DNA from: Octopus sinensis
Taxonomy: Eukaryota
Length of the DNA: 64,000 nucleotides
NCBI RefSeq assembly: GCF_006345805.1
Contig: NC_042998.1
Coordinates: 135,160,001 to 135,224,000, forward strand
Direction of reading: 5' to 3'
In this document: one piece after another, positions 1 to 13,359 of the stretch
How the letters are laid out: the number at the start of each line of letters is the position of its first letter
Position numbering within the stretch: position 1 is the first letter of the stretch
Translations under genes and position numbers: made by a program
The notes under the pieces: generated by a model
What the model saw: the letters and a program-made list of their open reading frames with translations, nothing else
Told to the model about the DNA's origin: nothing
The model's database searches: none

Positions 1-1314
1 GTCTACAAGGTTTTTGGTGTTTAGGAAATAGACATCATTCCTATACAAAATCGGTCTTCTGAATCCAACTATAACCTTCTTTTTGACCTATTAGGTCTAG
101 TTTTTAAGTTATTGAGCCCTATAATCACATGGACGACTATTTTTGTAACCTAAATTTGAAAGGTTATTTACTGGAAAAATCGACAAACACTTGTCTATCC
201 TAATCTTGCCTCTGGTATTAGACTAGTTCCACACGGTGAAGAGCTTCCTCTTCCAGTCTTCAATGTCTTGCTTCAGATAGCTTTACCCTCAACCAAAGAA
301 GATTTATCACCTGAAGATGACACTAGTGAATTTTCTCACGGGACAGCAATCTGGTTATACAAAATACCCATGTATTTGCATGTGGGACAGTAGAGACCGA
401 GTAAATCACTATTTTAAGAAAGGCTGGCTGCCTTGAACAAATAAATATGGCTCCATATAGAGCTGCCAATATATTGGAAGAACCTTTGGTTAAGCAAGAT
501 CAGATCATTTTCCCCACTTTGCACATCAAACTTGGATTGATCAAGCAATTCGTCAAAGCTCTTGACAAAAATGGGGAGTGCTTCAAGTATATCTGCAGTG
601 TATTTCCAGACTTGACAATTGAATAACTTAAAACAAGGATTTTTGATGGACCACAGATCTGTAAGCTCTTGAAGGACACAAATTTTGTGAAAACAATGTG
701 TGAAAATGAAGCATCAGCTTGGCTAACCTTTGCAGAAGTAGTGCAAAATTTCCTTGTGAAACACAAAAGTGAAAATTATAAAGAACTTGTTACCAACTTG
801 ATATCAGTTTTTCATGATATTGATGCAAATATGAGCATCAAAATGCATTATCTTTTTTGTCATCTTGATTGCTCTCCTGAATATCTTGGAGATGTTAATG
901 GTGAACAAGACGAATGATTCCTCAGGACATCAAGGAGATGGAAACCCTGTACCAAGGATGTTGGGATGCAGATGATTGCTGGTGTTTAAAACGAGATATT
1001 CCTGTTGCTCAACATTCATGGTGCGCAAAGAAGCATAAATTTATTCCTTGAGAATTTTCTGGCAAAAATCTTTGCCAATATGTATTTCCAATTTTGAATT
1101 TATATTTGTACTTTGTTTTGTGTTATGCTCTCTTTATTGCTTCATATTGTATGCCTCTTGTATGAATAAAATACTTATTCTATCAGGTTTAGTCAGAAAA
1201 CTAGACCTGATAGAGAAAAACTGAAGTTATTTTTGAATTTAGCAGGCAAAATCACTTATGAATTCATTGAAATATTCCAGGTACCAGACAAAAAAATTTT
1301 CTTGTTGCCCAGTG
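1..1314 (+). mobile_element. Degenerate Chapaev3-type (CMC) DNA transposon, 3' part, in a GOLGA2 intron
   Basis: Broken frames read HIKLGLIKQFVKALDKNGECFKYICSVFPDL..IFDGPQI and MSIKMHYLFCHLDCSPEYLGDVNGEQDE, matching the Chapaev3 transposase motifs PPLHIKLGL and HL..FPENLG..SDEHGERFHQ as I recall them. The terminus TTGTTGCCCAGTG ends at 1314, followed by TAA. Confidence 0.7.
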
Positions 1315-1368
1315 TAATTTATCTATCCAGCTTGTTAATAATTTACTGTATCCTATATTTTTGAACAG

Positions 1369-1439
1369 CCAATCCCGATGAGAACATAGTGAGCCGAGTT
1401 GAGTTTGATAAATTAAAGAAAACTATGGAAGCAATCCAG
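1369..1439 (+). CDS. GOLGA2: GM130 golgin coding exon (first visible)
   Basis: Acceptor ttgaacag and donor CAG|gttagt. Reads NPDENIVSRVEFDKLKKTMEAIQ and joins the next exon in phase 0. Confidence 0.75.
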
Positions 1440-2463
1440 GTTAGTTGAAATTGAATAAATTATTTCCTCACCTGATACTGTCATTTCCGTGTATTTGTGT
1501 GATCTACTTTGGTTGCTCTAATACAATTTACAGCTGCTGAGTTCATGGACCCAATCACGATAAAATGGTTTTATACGTAAGATGTAACATAACCAGAGAG
1601 GTGGGGGAAAAAATTAGTTCAAAAAGATTTTTAAGAGCAGATCAAATGTATTGCATTAGGTGTAACATAACCAAATATTAAGTTAGAAGTTATATTTAAA
1701 TGTTGCCCCCTTTTTACTTGATAGACAATGAGCTTCTTTCTATGTAGCCATTCAACTCAATGTGTCAAACAAAATTCTTGCAAAAAAAAAAAATTCTTTC
1801 AAAAAAAAAAAAATAGAGACTGGTTATTTATATCTTATCAATTAGGACAGTATGGGCTACTGCTGTAACAATGAGAGGAGGGTTTTGGTGTATATTCTGC
1901 TGGCAACTTTAGGCCTTGATTCTAATTACTTGATAAGCTGACCTCCATATAGCTGGTCCACTGAAACAGAGCTGACCAGAGTTACTCGGTAACATGTGAT
2001 CTTAAGTTTAGTCAGCTGGTTGGTTTATAGTTACCTGTAAAACATTTACTTCAACAATCCTGAGAAATATTGAAGTTGGAAAGCTATCTAAACAATGTCA
2101 GTATGATGAAAAAATTAAGCTAAGAATATATATAATGAACCACCACCAAATATTTGGCCACTTATTGTATTCTTGATTTGTCTATCTCCATTAGATTAAC
2201 TTAGACAATTAGTATTTTTTTTTTGTTATTTGGTGATGTTTATTAGCCCCAGCCAAGCATTGGATCAAAGGCACTCTAGTCATGAACATCTTTTATTTTA
2301 GGGGATAACTTATATGAAACTAAAGTTTACCAAGATTTTATTTTCCTTAAATAAAAATTGGTAGATTTCTAGAAAGTTGAGTGACTGCATAGAAGCTTTG
2401 TGAGAAATTAAAGGAGTGTGAGAATAAATCGTTTTTCTAAAAATTTCGCTCTTTCCATTACAG

Positions 2464-2566
2464 GAGAAATATACTCGAGCAATGAGAGATAAAGCAGATC
2501 TATCTGACAAAGCTGACCAACTTGAACACTTGGTGCTGCAATTACAAGGGGAAACAGATACAATAG
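2464..2566 (+). CDS. GOLGA2: GM130 golgin coding exon
   Basis: Splice sites ttacag| and G|gtatgt. Reads EKYTRAMRDKADLSDKADQLEHLVLQLQGETDTI, matching the conserved GM130 motif LE...QL.GETDTIGEYI. Confidence 0.9.
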
Positions 2567-3466
2567 GTATGTAGCTATTGATCAGGTTTTGCAGCACAAT
2601 GATGGGATCCATATCTTAGCTACTTCCCTTGAACCAGTCTATCTTTGTTGAATAGTCTATTCCTGTCTTGAAACTATTGGCATAATTTTTCAGTTATTAT
2701 ATGTCTACATATCTGTAAATATAGCACAGTTGTGGCTCTTTAGTCAAGAAGCTGGTTTTGCTACCACATGGTTCTGAATTCAATCCTACTGTATGGCATC
2801 TTATTTCCTAACAAAGATTTGTCACTTAAATTGTCAACAAAGACTGACTGAAATTTTGTTGGCAAAAGCTGTGTGAAAGCTCATCGGGATGTGTATGTGT
2901 GCATGTTTATCTGTGGGATGATAAAAATTGGTGCATTGAACAAAAGATACTTCGATATTTTTTGCAGTTTATGTTCCTGTATGCTAAGGTTGACTTGTAT
3001 TTTCTCTCTTATGGGATTGATAAAACAATTATTAGATAAAGTACTGGGGTTGATATAATTGATTAAAATCCTTGAAAGTAGTTCCCCAGTGTGACCCTTG
3101 GCCAATAACTATAACTGATGAAAATATAAAAGAAAGTGCCTCTTATACATTACAGCTATGCCTGGTAATAAAAACATACGACTGTAAATCTCTTACAACC
3201 AATAGTTCATATGTACAGTAGTTCATTGAACATTCACAATACAGTTCCATCTATATTTGGAGAGCTGTTTTATGATGAGGAAACTATCACGTACTTGCTC
3301 AATTGATATTTCTGTAAATTAAATGAGTATACAAAAGAAAGGAAATAAAGTATCTTGAAGTTGGTAGATCAGAATCTTAAGTTCTTGGGGTTTTTTTCTT
3401 CTTTCAATTTCTTTGATTTTTCTTTTCTGTTCTGCTGATTTCAATATAATTACTTTGATGTTTCAG

Positions 3467-3573
3467 GAGAGTATATTTCTCTCTACCATCACCAAAGAGC
3501 CTTATTACAGCAGCGAGAATTCCAGAAGAATGATTATATTTCTCGACTATCCAAAGACAGAGAAGAATTACAG
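3467..3573 (+). CDS. GOLGA2: GM130 golgin coding exon
   Basis: Splice sites tttcag| and CAG|gtatgt. Reads (G)EYISLYHHQRALLQQREFQKNDYISRLSKDREELQ, like vertebrate GEYIALYQSQRAVL...EYISRLAQDKEEM. Phases are consistent. Confidence 0.92.
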
Positions 3574-3714
3574 GTATGTTCTTAAATTGTTTTTTTAATA
3601 CTCCCTACCTTTTGACTTATCAGTCTGTATTTGAGTTGGTAACTTTTGATTGTTATTGATTTAAAAAAATTTTTCATTCCCTGTTTAATTTGCAACTCAC
3701 ATATGTTCCATCAT

Positions 3715-3890
3715 TATGATTTTCATATCCACTTTTCCATGCTTGCATGAGTTGGATGGGTCCTTTCCAACACAGTATCGCAACAACCACTTGTGTTCTT
3801 TGTCATCTCCTATGAAAGATTCAGCATCTTAAGATCAATTTTCACCACTCCTGCTTAGGTCTTCAACTTCCACAGTTTTCTTTCACTTGA
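3715..3890 (-). mobile_element. Old RTE-type LINE 3' end fragment
   Basis: The reverse complement has a tail CCCATCCAACTCATGCAAGCATGGAAAAGTGGAT. It also resembles the RTE-like fragment at 11.7-11.9 kb. Confidence 0.45.
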
Positions 3891-5763
3891 ATCTTCTGAC
3901 TCTTCTTTACCCAACTAGAGCCCAACCCCAGTTGCCTAACTCATCTAGCTTTCTGCAGGTTATCATGTAGAAACTTCCAGTTGTCCTCTGTGTCATAGGT
4001 CTCTGTATTCTCCTCCTTGTTATAGATATCACTTTTTATTTTAACTTGATGGGTTTGAGGAAGATACAATTCGTGCTTAAGACGTCAGATAGTGGTGTTA
4101 AAATTGGTGATGAGTTATGTCTATCATCCAAGTAGGCCATGGCATGATTTGGACTCAGAATACAAAGAGCTGGAACACATAATGCAAAGGTTCTGGTTCA
4201 ATATTTCTTAACAGTTCTGCCAAGTTACACCCAGGATTGAAACATTTTTTATCCACTTCAATGGGAGAAAGGCAAATTTGACTTCAGCTGGATTTGAACT
4301 CAGTGTTGAGTCAATGGGTATTTGCCATCTTAATGTCAGTTTGGTTATGGACCATCACTGCACATCTCCATAAGTTGATTTATCATTTGCACTGGTTAAA
4401 CTGAGGTGGTGATGTTGCTTGCCAAGTTGATGACATGTAACTAAGGATAGGAATGAAGCCATTGGTGAAGAATATGTCCTAACACAGCTATACTAGGAGA
4501 CTCTTGTATTCTGAGCCTCTGTGTGAGTGCTTGACTTGCTAGAAACTGTGGCTAAATCACCCTCTAATCACACCCTGTTATCTTAAAAAAGGAATGTCAT
4601 ATCAGATAAAATCATTATAGATATATGAAAAGATGAGATGGTCTTCTCAGTTAGAGTAGGTTTGGGCTAAATGGGAATTCTATTCTTTAGGTTTTATAAT
4701 TACACCTCTTCTTACTTTATCATCTGAACAGAAATTTCATGACCAACAAATCTATTCTAACATGTATTTCTCATATCCTGCTTGGATCAATACATTGGTG
4801 AACAGCTGTTGAGATTACTTATTGTGAAAATAGGTCTAGAATGAATGTAAACTGCTGATAGTTGCAAAAACATTCTGTGGGTCAGTACTATTCTCTCAAT
4901 AATCTCTTCATTAACTGTTTAGCATAACAGCTGTCAAAATTTCTTTTTTTTAATGGCTGAAAGAGAATCCTTTCGTTGTGGTTTTATATATGTCTTCCAT
5001 GCTGATATGGGTTGGATGATGTGCTCCTCTACTCTAGCAGAGTAGAGGAGCACTTCTTGCTGATAGTGGTTGGTGTTAGGAAGTGTACTAGGATAAAATA
5101 CCCCAGTACCATGCGATGCAGGCATTTTATCAATGTATAAGCATTAGAATGGTTGTCACATTTTTGTCAAGACTACAGGGGCCTCTTGAACCCACATCTT
5201 TGCTTTTCTGTGTCTTGGGTGGAATCATAATGGCACTAACACATGTGAAGTTGCCTTATAGGTCATAAAATAAGAAATATTTATAGAAATACTTTTCATG
5301 TTTGGATCCTTTTTATTTTGTCCTTCGTTTTATCATTCCACTTGGACCAAATGTTTTCTATTAAAGTCACAGGCTGACCAAATAGGATTTTGTTGACAGA
5401 AGCTGAAAGAAGCCCATCACACACACACACGTGCGTGTGTGTGTACCCTTGTCTTGATATCATGTGATGTATGATAGGGATACTAATTTACAAACAAGTG
5501 ATGTTGTTCATTTCCAGTCTTCTATGAAAAACATGTCTGACCATGAGAAATATTACCTTGCTTGGAAACAAGTGTGGTTGGAGACGGAAAAGGCAGCTGG
5601 CTGTAGAAAACAAGATTCCATCTGATTCATGCAAGCATGGAAAAGTGGATGTTAAATAATGCTCATTATATTGTTTGTATAGAGTAATGACAAGAAGTAT
5701 TAGAATTTTTTTTTTAATTAAAAGATATATATTAATTCAACTTTTATTTATTTATTTTTGAAG

Positions 5764-5962
5764 GGTAAGCTAGCCAAATTACAAGGACTTGTGGTGCAAA
5801 TGTTACACAATAAAGGCAATCTATCAAATGCAAGAATAAGTGACACTTTACTGTCCAAGGATTATCAGAACAGTGAAGATAGCAATGTAAACCATTCAAA
5901 TGATATTCAACCCCACCTACATGGTGCTACAGTTATGAACGGGCTTAGTAAATATCCAGAAG
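5764..5962 (+). CDS. GOLGA2: GM130 golgin coding exon
   Basis: Splice sites ttttgaag| and G|gtgaga. Reads GKLAKLQGLVVQML (compare KLLELQELVLRL), then a low-complexity linker. Phase 0 in, phase 1 out. Confidence 0.85.
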
Positions 5963-6404
5963 GTGAGAATTAATTATTCTATCTACATTTTCAGCTGCGA
6001 TTGCATGTTTCTTTTCTTATCTTGTCCTGATAACTTATAAACTTCCTTCCTCTTAGATTAACATTTACATGATCAGCATTTAAATATGCTGATATACTAA
6101 GGGAGACAACCTTTAAGAAATTTCATATTTCCTGTAAAGTTATGTCCCTTGTTTCATAAAACTTTAAAACAAAATTAGTTTTGATGTAAATCTCGGTACC
6201 TAAAATCTGAACTTATATACTGTTTACGCCGAGTCAGTACTAGTTTGATGCTTAGTTTATCAGAAAGTTTTGGAAAGAAGTTAATTAAAAAATCCTTGAT
6301 CTGGGCAACTTTTTATATTTAATATATTGGATAATTTTCTTTTTTAAATAAATGCAAATTTTTCATTAAGATGTCTGAATAAATAAAACTTTTCCTTTTT
6401 CCAG

Positions 6405-6739
6405 ATTGGCCAGACTACAGCAGCACTAATTCATCTGAAAGTGTAGTCGAGGCTATTGTAGCAGGTGAATCAATGGAACATATAGCCGATTTGCCAGAAG
6501 ACCAGGCTTTTAAATCACAGCTTGAGAAAAACGCAGATCTGTCACCAGTGCCTCTTCGTAATACATCTAAATCTGAACAATTAATTCAAAAATGTAACAT
6601 GGAAGAAGATAACCCCACTGCAAGAAAGATATTGGATTTGTTTTCTGAAATAGACAGCAACTTATGTGATGCTGTTCCATATGGTGGTCGCAAGTTCTTG
6701 CCCTGTAAATACTGTAAGGGCACTGTAAAAGATGTATAG
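6405..6739 (+). CDS. GOLGA2: GM130 golgin terminal coding exon (GM130_C-like region)
   Basis: Strong acceptor ttttcctttttccag. Reads DWPDYSS...NPTARKILDLFSEID (compare NPTAQQIMQLLREM)...PCKYCKGTVKDV*, ending in a PDZ-ligand-like Val. Confidence 0.88.
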
Positions 6740-6914
6740 TTTTATGTTTCAAGTCACAAGACTACATTATGTTTATTACTGTATATTATATATACAATAT
6801 GTATTATAAACAGGAGCCATACAAGGATGCCTATTCTATTGGCTGAATGTTATAGGGTGTTACTGGATTTGTTATTGATTAAAAGACGGCTGTTATAAGA
6901 TGAATGACTGTAAG

Positions 6915-6920
6915 AATAAA
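6915..6920 (+). terminator. Candidate proximal polyadenylation signal of GOLGA2
   Basis: First AATAAA after the stop codon. Several more occur near 7.7-8.6 kb, so usage is uncertain. Confidence 0.3.
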
Positions 6921-7004
6921 TTACACACATTAATATTGGATCTCTTGCTATTTATTTAAATTTTCCTTACTTTCAAATTTTAGTTTTATTATATACATTG
7001 TAAG

Positions 7005-7410
7005 GGTGGCAAGCTGGCAGAATCATTAACATTTTGGGCTAAATGCTTAGCAACATTTCTTATGGTTCTTTGCATTCTGAGTTCAAATCCTATTGACGTC
7101 AATTTTGCCTTTCATCTTTCAGAGGTTCATAAAATAAGTACCAGTCAAGTACTGGGTTGATGTAATCATTTAACCCCTGCCCTCTCAAACTGTGGCCTTG
7201 TGCCAACATTTGAAAGAAAAATGTGGCAATGTGGCAGAATTGTCAACAAGCTGAACAAAATGCATAATGGTATTTCTTCCAGCTTTACATTCTGAGTTCA
7301 AATGCTGCAGAGGTCAGTAAGAAAGTACCAGTTCAGTACTGGAATTGATGTAGTTGATTTAGCTTTTTCCTCTAAAGTTGCTGGCCTAGTGCCAAAATTT
7401 GAAATCATTA
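7005..7410 (+). mobile_element. Two decayed tandem copies of type-A SINE (Nin/Deu-like domain) in the GOLGA2 3' region
   Basis: GGCAAGCTGGCAGAATC..TTCTGAGTTCAAAT..TTTGCCTTTCATC..AAGTACCAGT matches the intact copy at 13360, with CpGs converted. Confidence 0.75.
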
Positions 7411-10400
7411 TATAGATTATGAAGTCACTGGGAAATATCTTACTGTGATATGGGTTAACATTTAGTTTAGCCGATTATTGTTTTCAAAAATATAGTCTTG
7501 AATGTATGAAGATGGAAATTTTAGTATTTCTGTTATAGAAATAACAAGAGTTGATAATTGTTTTATTTTGTGTAACATGTTTCAAGGATTGCATCTCAGC
7601 AGTTACTGGTTAGTGACAACTTAGAAGTTTAGAACAAGTTAAAAGCAAAGAAAGGAAACAGATTTAGTTTTATCATGAACAATGTATGAGGGTCTGTAAA
7701 CTTTTTTTTAAATAAAAACAAAAAAAAGCTCTGAATATGATTCAATTGACATTTTCATTTTACCTTAGTCCATTATAAATATTTCCATTTATGAAAAATG
7801 GTCTTATTGTTATACTGTCTGTTTTGGTTAAAGTAGTTTGGAAGTTGTAAAGCTTATGAAGGAAAACATTGTTAGCTCAAATGATTCAGTATATAGCTAA
7901 TTTTATTTACGTTCAGTTTCAATTGAAATATTTAACATCTGATCTATTATTTGATTTCTATTTATTGGTCATATAGTGTTCAATAATAAAATTTCCCTCA
8001 GTGATAATTTCTTGCATTAAATAAATGATAACACTTATAAAATATGGAATTTCTCAAATACTATTTTTCCACTGAAGAATGTTTTGATAACTTAATTCGT
8101 TTAATCAATATATTAAAATTTTGATAAAAAAGTAATAAAAAGTAAACAAAATAAACTTATTTGCTTTGTTTGTTGTTAACCAGTTTTTAATTGGTTAGGT
8201 CTTAGTCAAAATGTCTAATAGATAATCAAATAAATGACCTAATAAATTTGAATGCAATTATAAAGTAAATTCTATGTAGTTAATATTTTGATGATCAGAT
8301 CACTCCTATTAGCAAGCAATCACTATATATAAAATATTTTATGAGTACAGACATAGCTGTATGGTTTAATTTGTTTAATAACCACCGGGCTCCCGGTTCA
8401 GTCCTATTGCGTGGCACTTTCAGTAAATGCCTATTACCATAGTTTCAGGTTGACCAATACTTTGGGAGTAGAATTTGCTAGAGAGAAACTGAAGCCTGTC
8501 TTATATGTTATGTATGTGTATATTTTTCACCAATAAGAAAAAAAAAACAAAACAAAAAAAAATGGTGCTTCCAAATAAAATAATCTGTGTGATATTTTAT
8601 CCTAGTTGTACTGAAATCCATTGTCACTCTTGCTGCCAGACTGCACTGAACCAGTGATTGACCTGTTGGAAACCTATAACCAACATAGCAATGTATTTAC
8701 AGACTACCATTATTTTCAACATTCACTTTTCTGTGGTTGCATAGGTCAGATGGAATGTGTTGAAGCAGTCAATTCTACTTTTGAATACTCTTCCTGTCAT
8801 CAACCTTCACCTGTTTCCAAAACAAGGCAATATTTTCCCATAGTTTGGCATGTTTTCACAGAAGATGGGGAAACAACACTGCTTGTATGATAGGAATACT
8901 AGTTTACAAATATCATGCTATATCTAGACAAGGAGACATACACACATATGACAGGATTCTTTCAGTTTCCATCTTACTAAATCCTCTCATGAGGTTTAAG
9001 TTGACCTGGGATTATATATGTCATTTGCCTAAGGTGCTATTTAGTGCTACTTAATCCCAAACCATGTGGTTGGGAAGCAAACCTCACAGCTACACAACTA
9101 TGCTTGCATCAGGACGTAATATAAAATATATTCAGATTAATAATTGCTATCAGGTAAATTTTTAAAACAAAAGTGCTTTCAACATATTCTTTATTTCAGA
9201 TAAAATATTTTTGAATTATTTTATTTTTCATTTGTTCTTAATTTGGTTGTCTTATCATCTGAGTAAGTGGCTTAGCAGCATTGTTAGTGCACTAGAAAAT
9301 GCTTTGTAGTATTTAGTTGTGGTTCTTTACATTCTGAATTCAAATTCTAGCATGATCACCTTTGCCTTTCATTCTTTTGGGAATTAATAAAATAAAAATA
9401 CTAGTCAAGTACTGTGTTAATTGAGTAAACCCTCCCTCTAGAATATCTGGCATTGTGCCTAAAATTAGAAACCATTATTAAATTGTTTTAGGTATACTGG
9501 AAATACATTGTTTATTCTCTCTCTCTCACTGTACTTGGGACAAAGAGGAAGTCTTTATTTGATCTCTTAGCCTGCTAGAAATCCCAGCCAATTCATATTA
9601 CATCATACAATCTTAAATATTGGTCCCTGATATTTATTTTAAATGTTTATACAAAAGGACAGCAGGTCACACCAGGAACATATTTGATTGACAATCTGAT
9701 TGTTCAAAGCTAATTTGGGGCTTAAAAAAAACTATTCACTTAATAAAATTCCCTTGATTTCCATCTAGTGAGGTATGGTTTGATATGCTAGAAATAATCA
9801 AGCTATAGTGGAAGACAATTGCCTAATTTGCTGCATAGTGGAACTGAACCTGGGAATATACAACTGTAAAGCAAACTTCTTAGCCATACAGCCATGATTG
9901 CACTTTGTGTGTGTGTATGTAGGAATATAAGTTGCATACACTTGATAATATGGACACTGAATTGTGTGTGACTTGAAACCTTGAACTACAATGTTATAGC
10001 AATATATATTCTTCATTCTATATAGATATTCGACTGAATTTATAAAATTTAATCAAGTTATCTACAAATATATATCAAATTTCATGGGTCACTGAAAGAG
10101 CTCCCTTGTAGTTGTTCAATTTGGTAGAAACAACAATTAAATAGCCTTCGAATCTTATCCAACTCTCACAAGGAAACAATGCTGTAAAGTGGTTCACTTT
10201 AAGAAAGGCATCTAGCCATAGAAACCATGCCAAAGAGACAGTGGAGCATGCTGCAGTCTTTGGGACCCATCGAACCCTGTCAAACAATCCAACTTATGCC
10301 AACATGGAATACGAACTTTTAAATGATGATATTGAACAACATAATTCTGGACATATCCCTAAAAAGAAAAAAAAAAGACAGGGTGGTCATGATTAGAATG

Positions 10401-10896
10401 TCTCTGGTCATAGATCTACTTAACCAGGGTTAGCTTGGGTTTAAACTACAACAATAACCATATTTTCCTAAAGTCAAGTATTATCAAACTAGGTTGGTAC
10501 TTGTATGTATGTCCCAGGAACGTCTCAAAACTAATCAGAGGGGAAACACTAAGCACAGGATTGGCTGTATAAAGTTATAAAAGCTTTGTACCATACTTTG
10601 GACACATGAAGGAGTGGCTTTCAATGACAACAAAAGAAGGAACTGATAAAATTACTTTATTTCCTTTCAGGTGCAGTTTTTCTCCACTTATGTTTGAAAC
10701 TTCCTCTTCATAAGTCTTTATTTTTTTCTTTTTCCCTTGTTAATATAAAGTCCATTGTAATGTCGGGTAGCCTTGATGTAAATCCTGTGAAATTCTGAAG
10801 AATTTGGTTTAGGGATTGATGACTATCCTTTGGACTTACCTATGACTATATTGGTTAAATGTTACATTAACTCTTTGATATCAAACATCCTGAGAT

Positions 10897-11317
10897 CAGT
10901 ACCATCTTAAGGTATGGACACAATGGATAGTTGCCCAGGGTTGGGTAGGGGACTGCTTTCATGAATCTAAAGCAGTGTTTCTCAATTGTTTTTGCTTGTG
11001 AACTCCTTTGATTCGTATTTTACTCTATCAGACCCCCATAGACATTTGATGTTTAAAAAAAAGTCCCATTACATTTTTATAATTAAGTAGTGTTATGAAT
11101 TGTGTAAAAAAATATTTTGTGGTTTATAGAAATATACCCAATTTATTGCATATAAATTTTAACAGCAAAATCTCATGTGGACCCTGGTTGAGAAGCACTG
11201 GCCTAATGGCTCAATTCTGATCTATGTTTGCTGTCATACTGTCAATAAATAAATATATTCTACAGGGCCAGTGCGTTGATTTACCCTGGGGCCTATGCTG
11301 CTGCTTAGATGGCTCTG
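10897..11317. mobile_element. hAT-like MITE (outer element of a nest)
   Basis: Ends CAGTACCATCTTAAG and CTTAGATGGCTCTG. Flanks CCTGAGAT and CTTGAGAC form an 8-bp TSD with 6/8 identity. Confidence 0.55.
10973..11200. mobile_element. hAT/Charlie-like MITE (inner element)
   Basis: TIRs CAGTGTTTCTCAA and TTGAGAAGCACTG. Related copies start near 34799 and 38104. Confidence 0.7.
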
Positions 11318-11689
11318 CTTGAGACCCCCTCCCCCTGGTTCTATGATACAAACTTCCTGTTTTAAAGAGATCCAAGTTAAATCCTTCCATTAAAATTTCT
11401 TGTTAATTTATCTTCTAAACACCTGCTTAATGGTGATAGAGTTACTTTACTAAATTCTTCATTATTTTCAAATGTAATTGAAACAGTGTATTTCAATAGA
11501 AATAAGGTAAAAAAATAGTCAAAAGGACAACTGACTCTGCAAGCTTATGAGGGTGCTTGACCTGCTGTTAGAAGTAACAGCCCAAAATTCCTCAATACAC
11601 ACCCTATCCTCTTTGGAAAAAACAGGGAAAAAAAGACACATTAGATCAAGATGTGATATAACACAAACACTGAAATGCTGTTGAAATGT

Positions 11690-11905
11690 GTTGAAAGAAA
11701 AATTGGGCATAAGAGACATCAAATGTGAGAAGGGTGTGCAAGAATGGTTTTGTTATGCATATGGATGAGGACAGCTGCATAAAGAAGTGCTGATTGCTAT
11801 ATGTGGATGGAACCTGGAAGAAAGTAGTAACAAATGACTTCCAGATTTTGAACTTCACACAGGAAGTGACAAAGGACCAAGAGGATCAGTGATTTGCTGT
11901 GCTTG
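11690..11905 (+). mobile_element. Decayed RTE-type LINE ORF C-terminus
   Basis: Reads LKEKLGIRDIKC..VMHMDEDSCIKKC..WKKVVTNDFQILN, with stops and deletions. Confidence 0.55.
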
Positions 11906-13303
11906 ATGAAAAAACATCTCTCTCAGCAAAAGAGAGGCCCTAATAAAGCATACAACTTTTGTCTATACCTCTGCACCCAATCTGACAGTCAGTGTCTATA
12001 ATCTTTTACATGACTTCCAAAATTGGTGGAGGGGAAAATATCCTTAAACCTTGGCTTCAATATTTGCAACACAGTGGACTCTGAAGTTGTTAGGTGATGG
12101 TGTTAGACTTATTTATCACCTAAGTGGGCCATGGTGGGATTTGAACTCAGAATTTAAAAAAAAACTGCATGTATTTGGTCTGATGTTCTTACAGTTCTTA
12201 TAGTTCTGCCAATCCACCATTATTTTATTGACCCAGAAAGGATGAAATGAAAAGTTGACCATAGCAAGATTTGAACTCAGAAAGTAAAAGACTAGACCTG
12301 CAAAGCATTTTTGTTTGACACTCCAACAATTCACCACTATAATAATGATAATTATTCTTGATTGGTACTTTTTACTGATCTACAGCATCACTCAGTTGAG
12401 AGGCCTTGCCTTGTGTGTTTCATGGTGATCTCACTAGTTCTGGGGCTATGAAAAAATAAAAAAGAAAAAGGCATCAGTAAAGTAATTGGCATTTGGAATG
12501 ACATCCAGGACTGTCCAACCCATACCAGCATGGAAGACAGATGTTAAATGATGAAGTTGACTAAGAAGCATTCTATCCAGTGCCCTAAAAATTCTACCAG
12601 TTCATTGCAACCTCTCCCCCTCGCGCGCGCGCACGCACACACACACACACACACAGGTGATCTGTGTATTATTCACTTGTATACTTGTCAATGTTGTGCT
12701 TGACTAGTTCAACACAACATACTCTGCGAGTGTTGAACCTGCTAGAAATAGCAGCAGAATCTTCGTAAAATGACACACACCTGTCTTAAAAATGTAGTTT
12801 GGGAGTTCAAAATTCCTGGGGGTGGGGGGTGAAAAAAAAGAGGAGTGTAGTTAAGACTGAAATACTTTTGATTTGATTACATGTCAACGGACCCAAGCCT
12901 AAATGTAATTATATTTATTATAAAAAATGCAATTGAATTCTATTCCTACCAAAGTCAACTTCGCCTTTCATCTTTCTTGGGTCAATAGAATAGCTGTAAA
13001 GTACAGGACTTGATGTAATTGACCAACCCCCCCCCCCCCCTTGGTCGGGTGCCTAAATTAGTAATCATTAAAAGGTGTATATAAAATAAATGAATTAATC
13101 GGATTGGATCGCACCAACTATAAATAGAAACTGAAAATATTTCTTGTGTGTCAGAATCACTGGAATTCGTGTTAACATTCTATTTATCAATGCTATAAGC
13201 TTTCAAATCAGCTATTTTTAGATTTATATAATCACTGGGACTACAAATACATTACGGGTATGCTACTATCCATAATTTTCCGTGTTCTCTTTCAATGAGG
13301 AGG

Positions 13304-13357
<54 letters not shown>
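13304..13357. repeat. (ATT)n microsatellite directly upstream of a type-A SINE
   Basis: Read directly from the sequence. Confidence 0.9.

Positions 13358-13359
<2 letters not shown>

Noticed and set aside
5761-5770. Recursive splice site at AAG|GGTAAG
   Set aside because: The GT is offset by 1 nt from the acceptor, and the sequence is explained by Gly-Lys codons.
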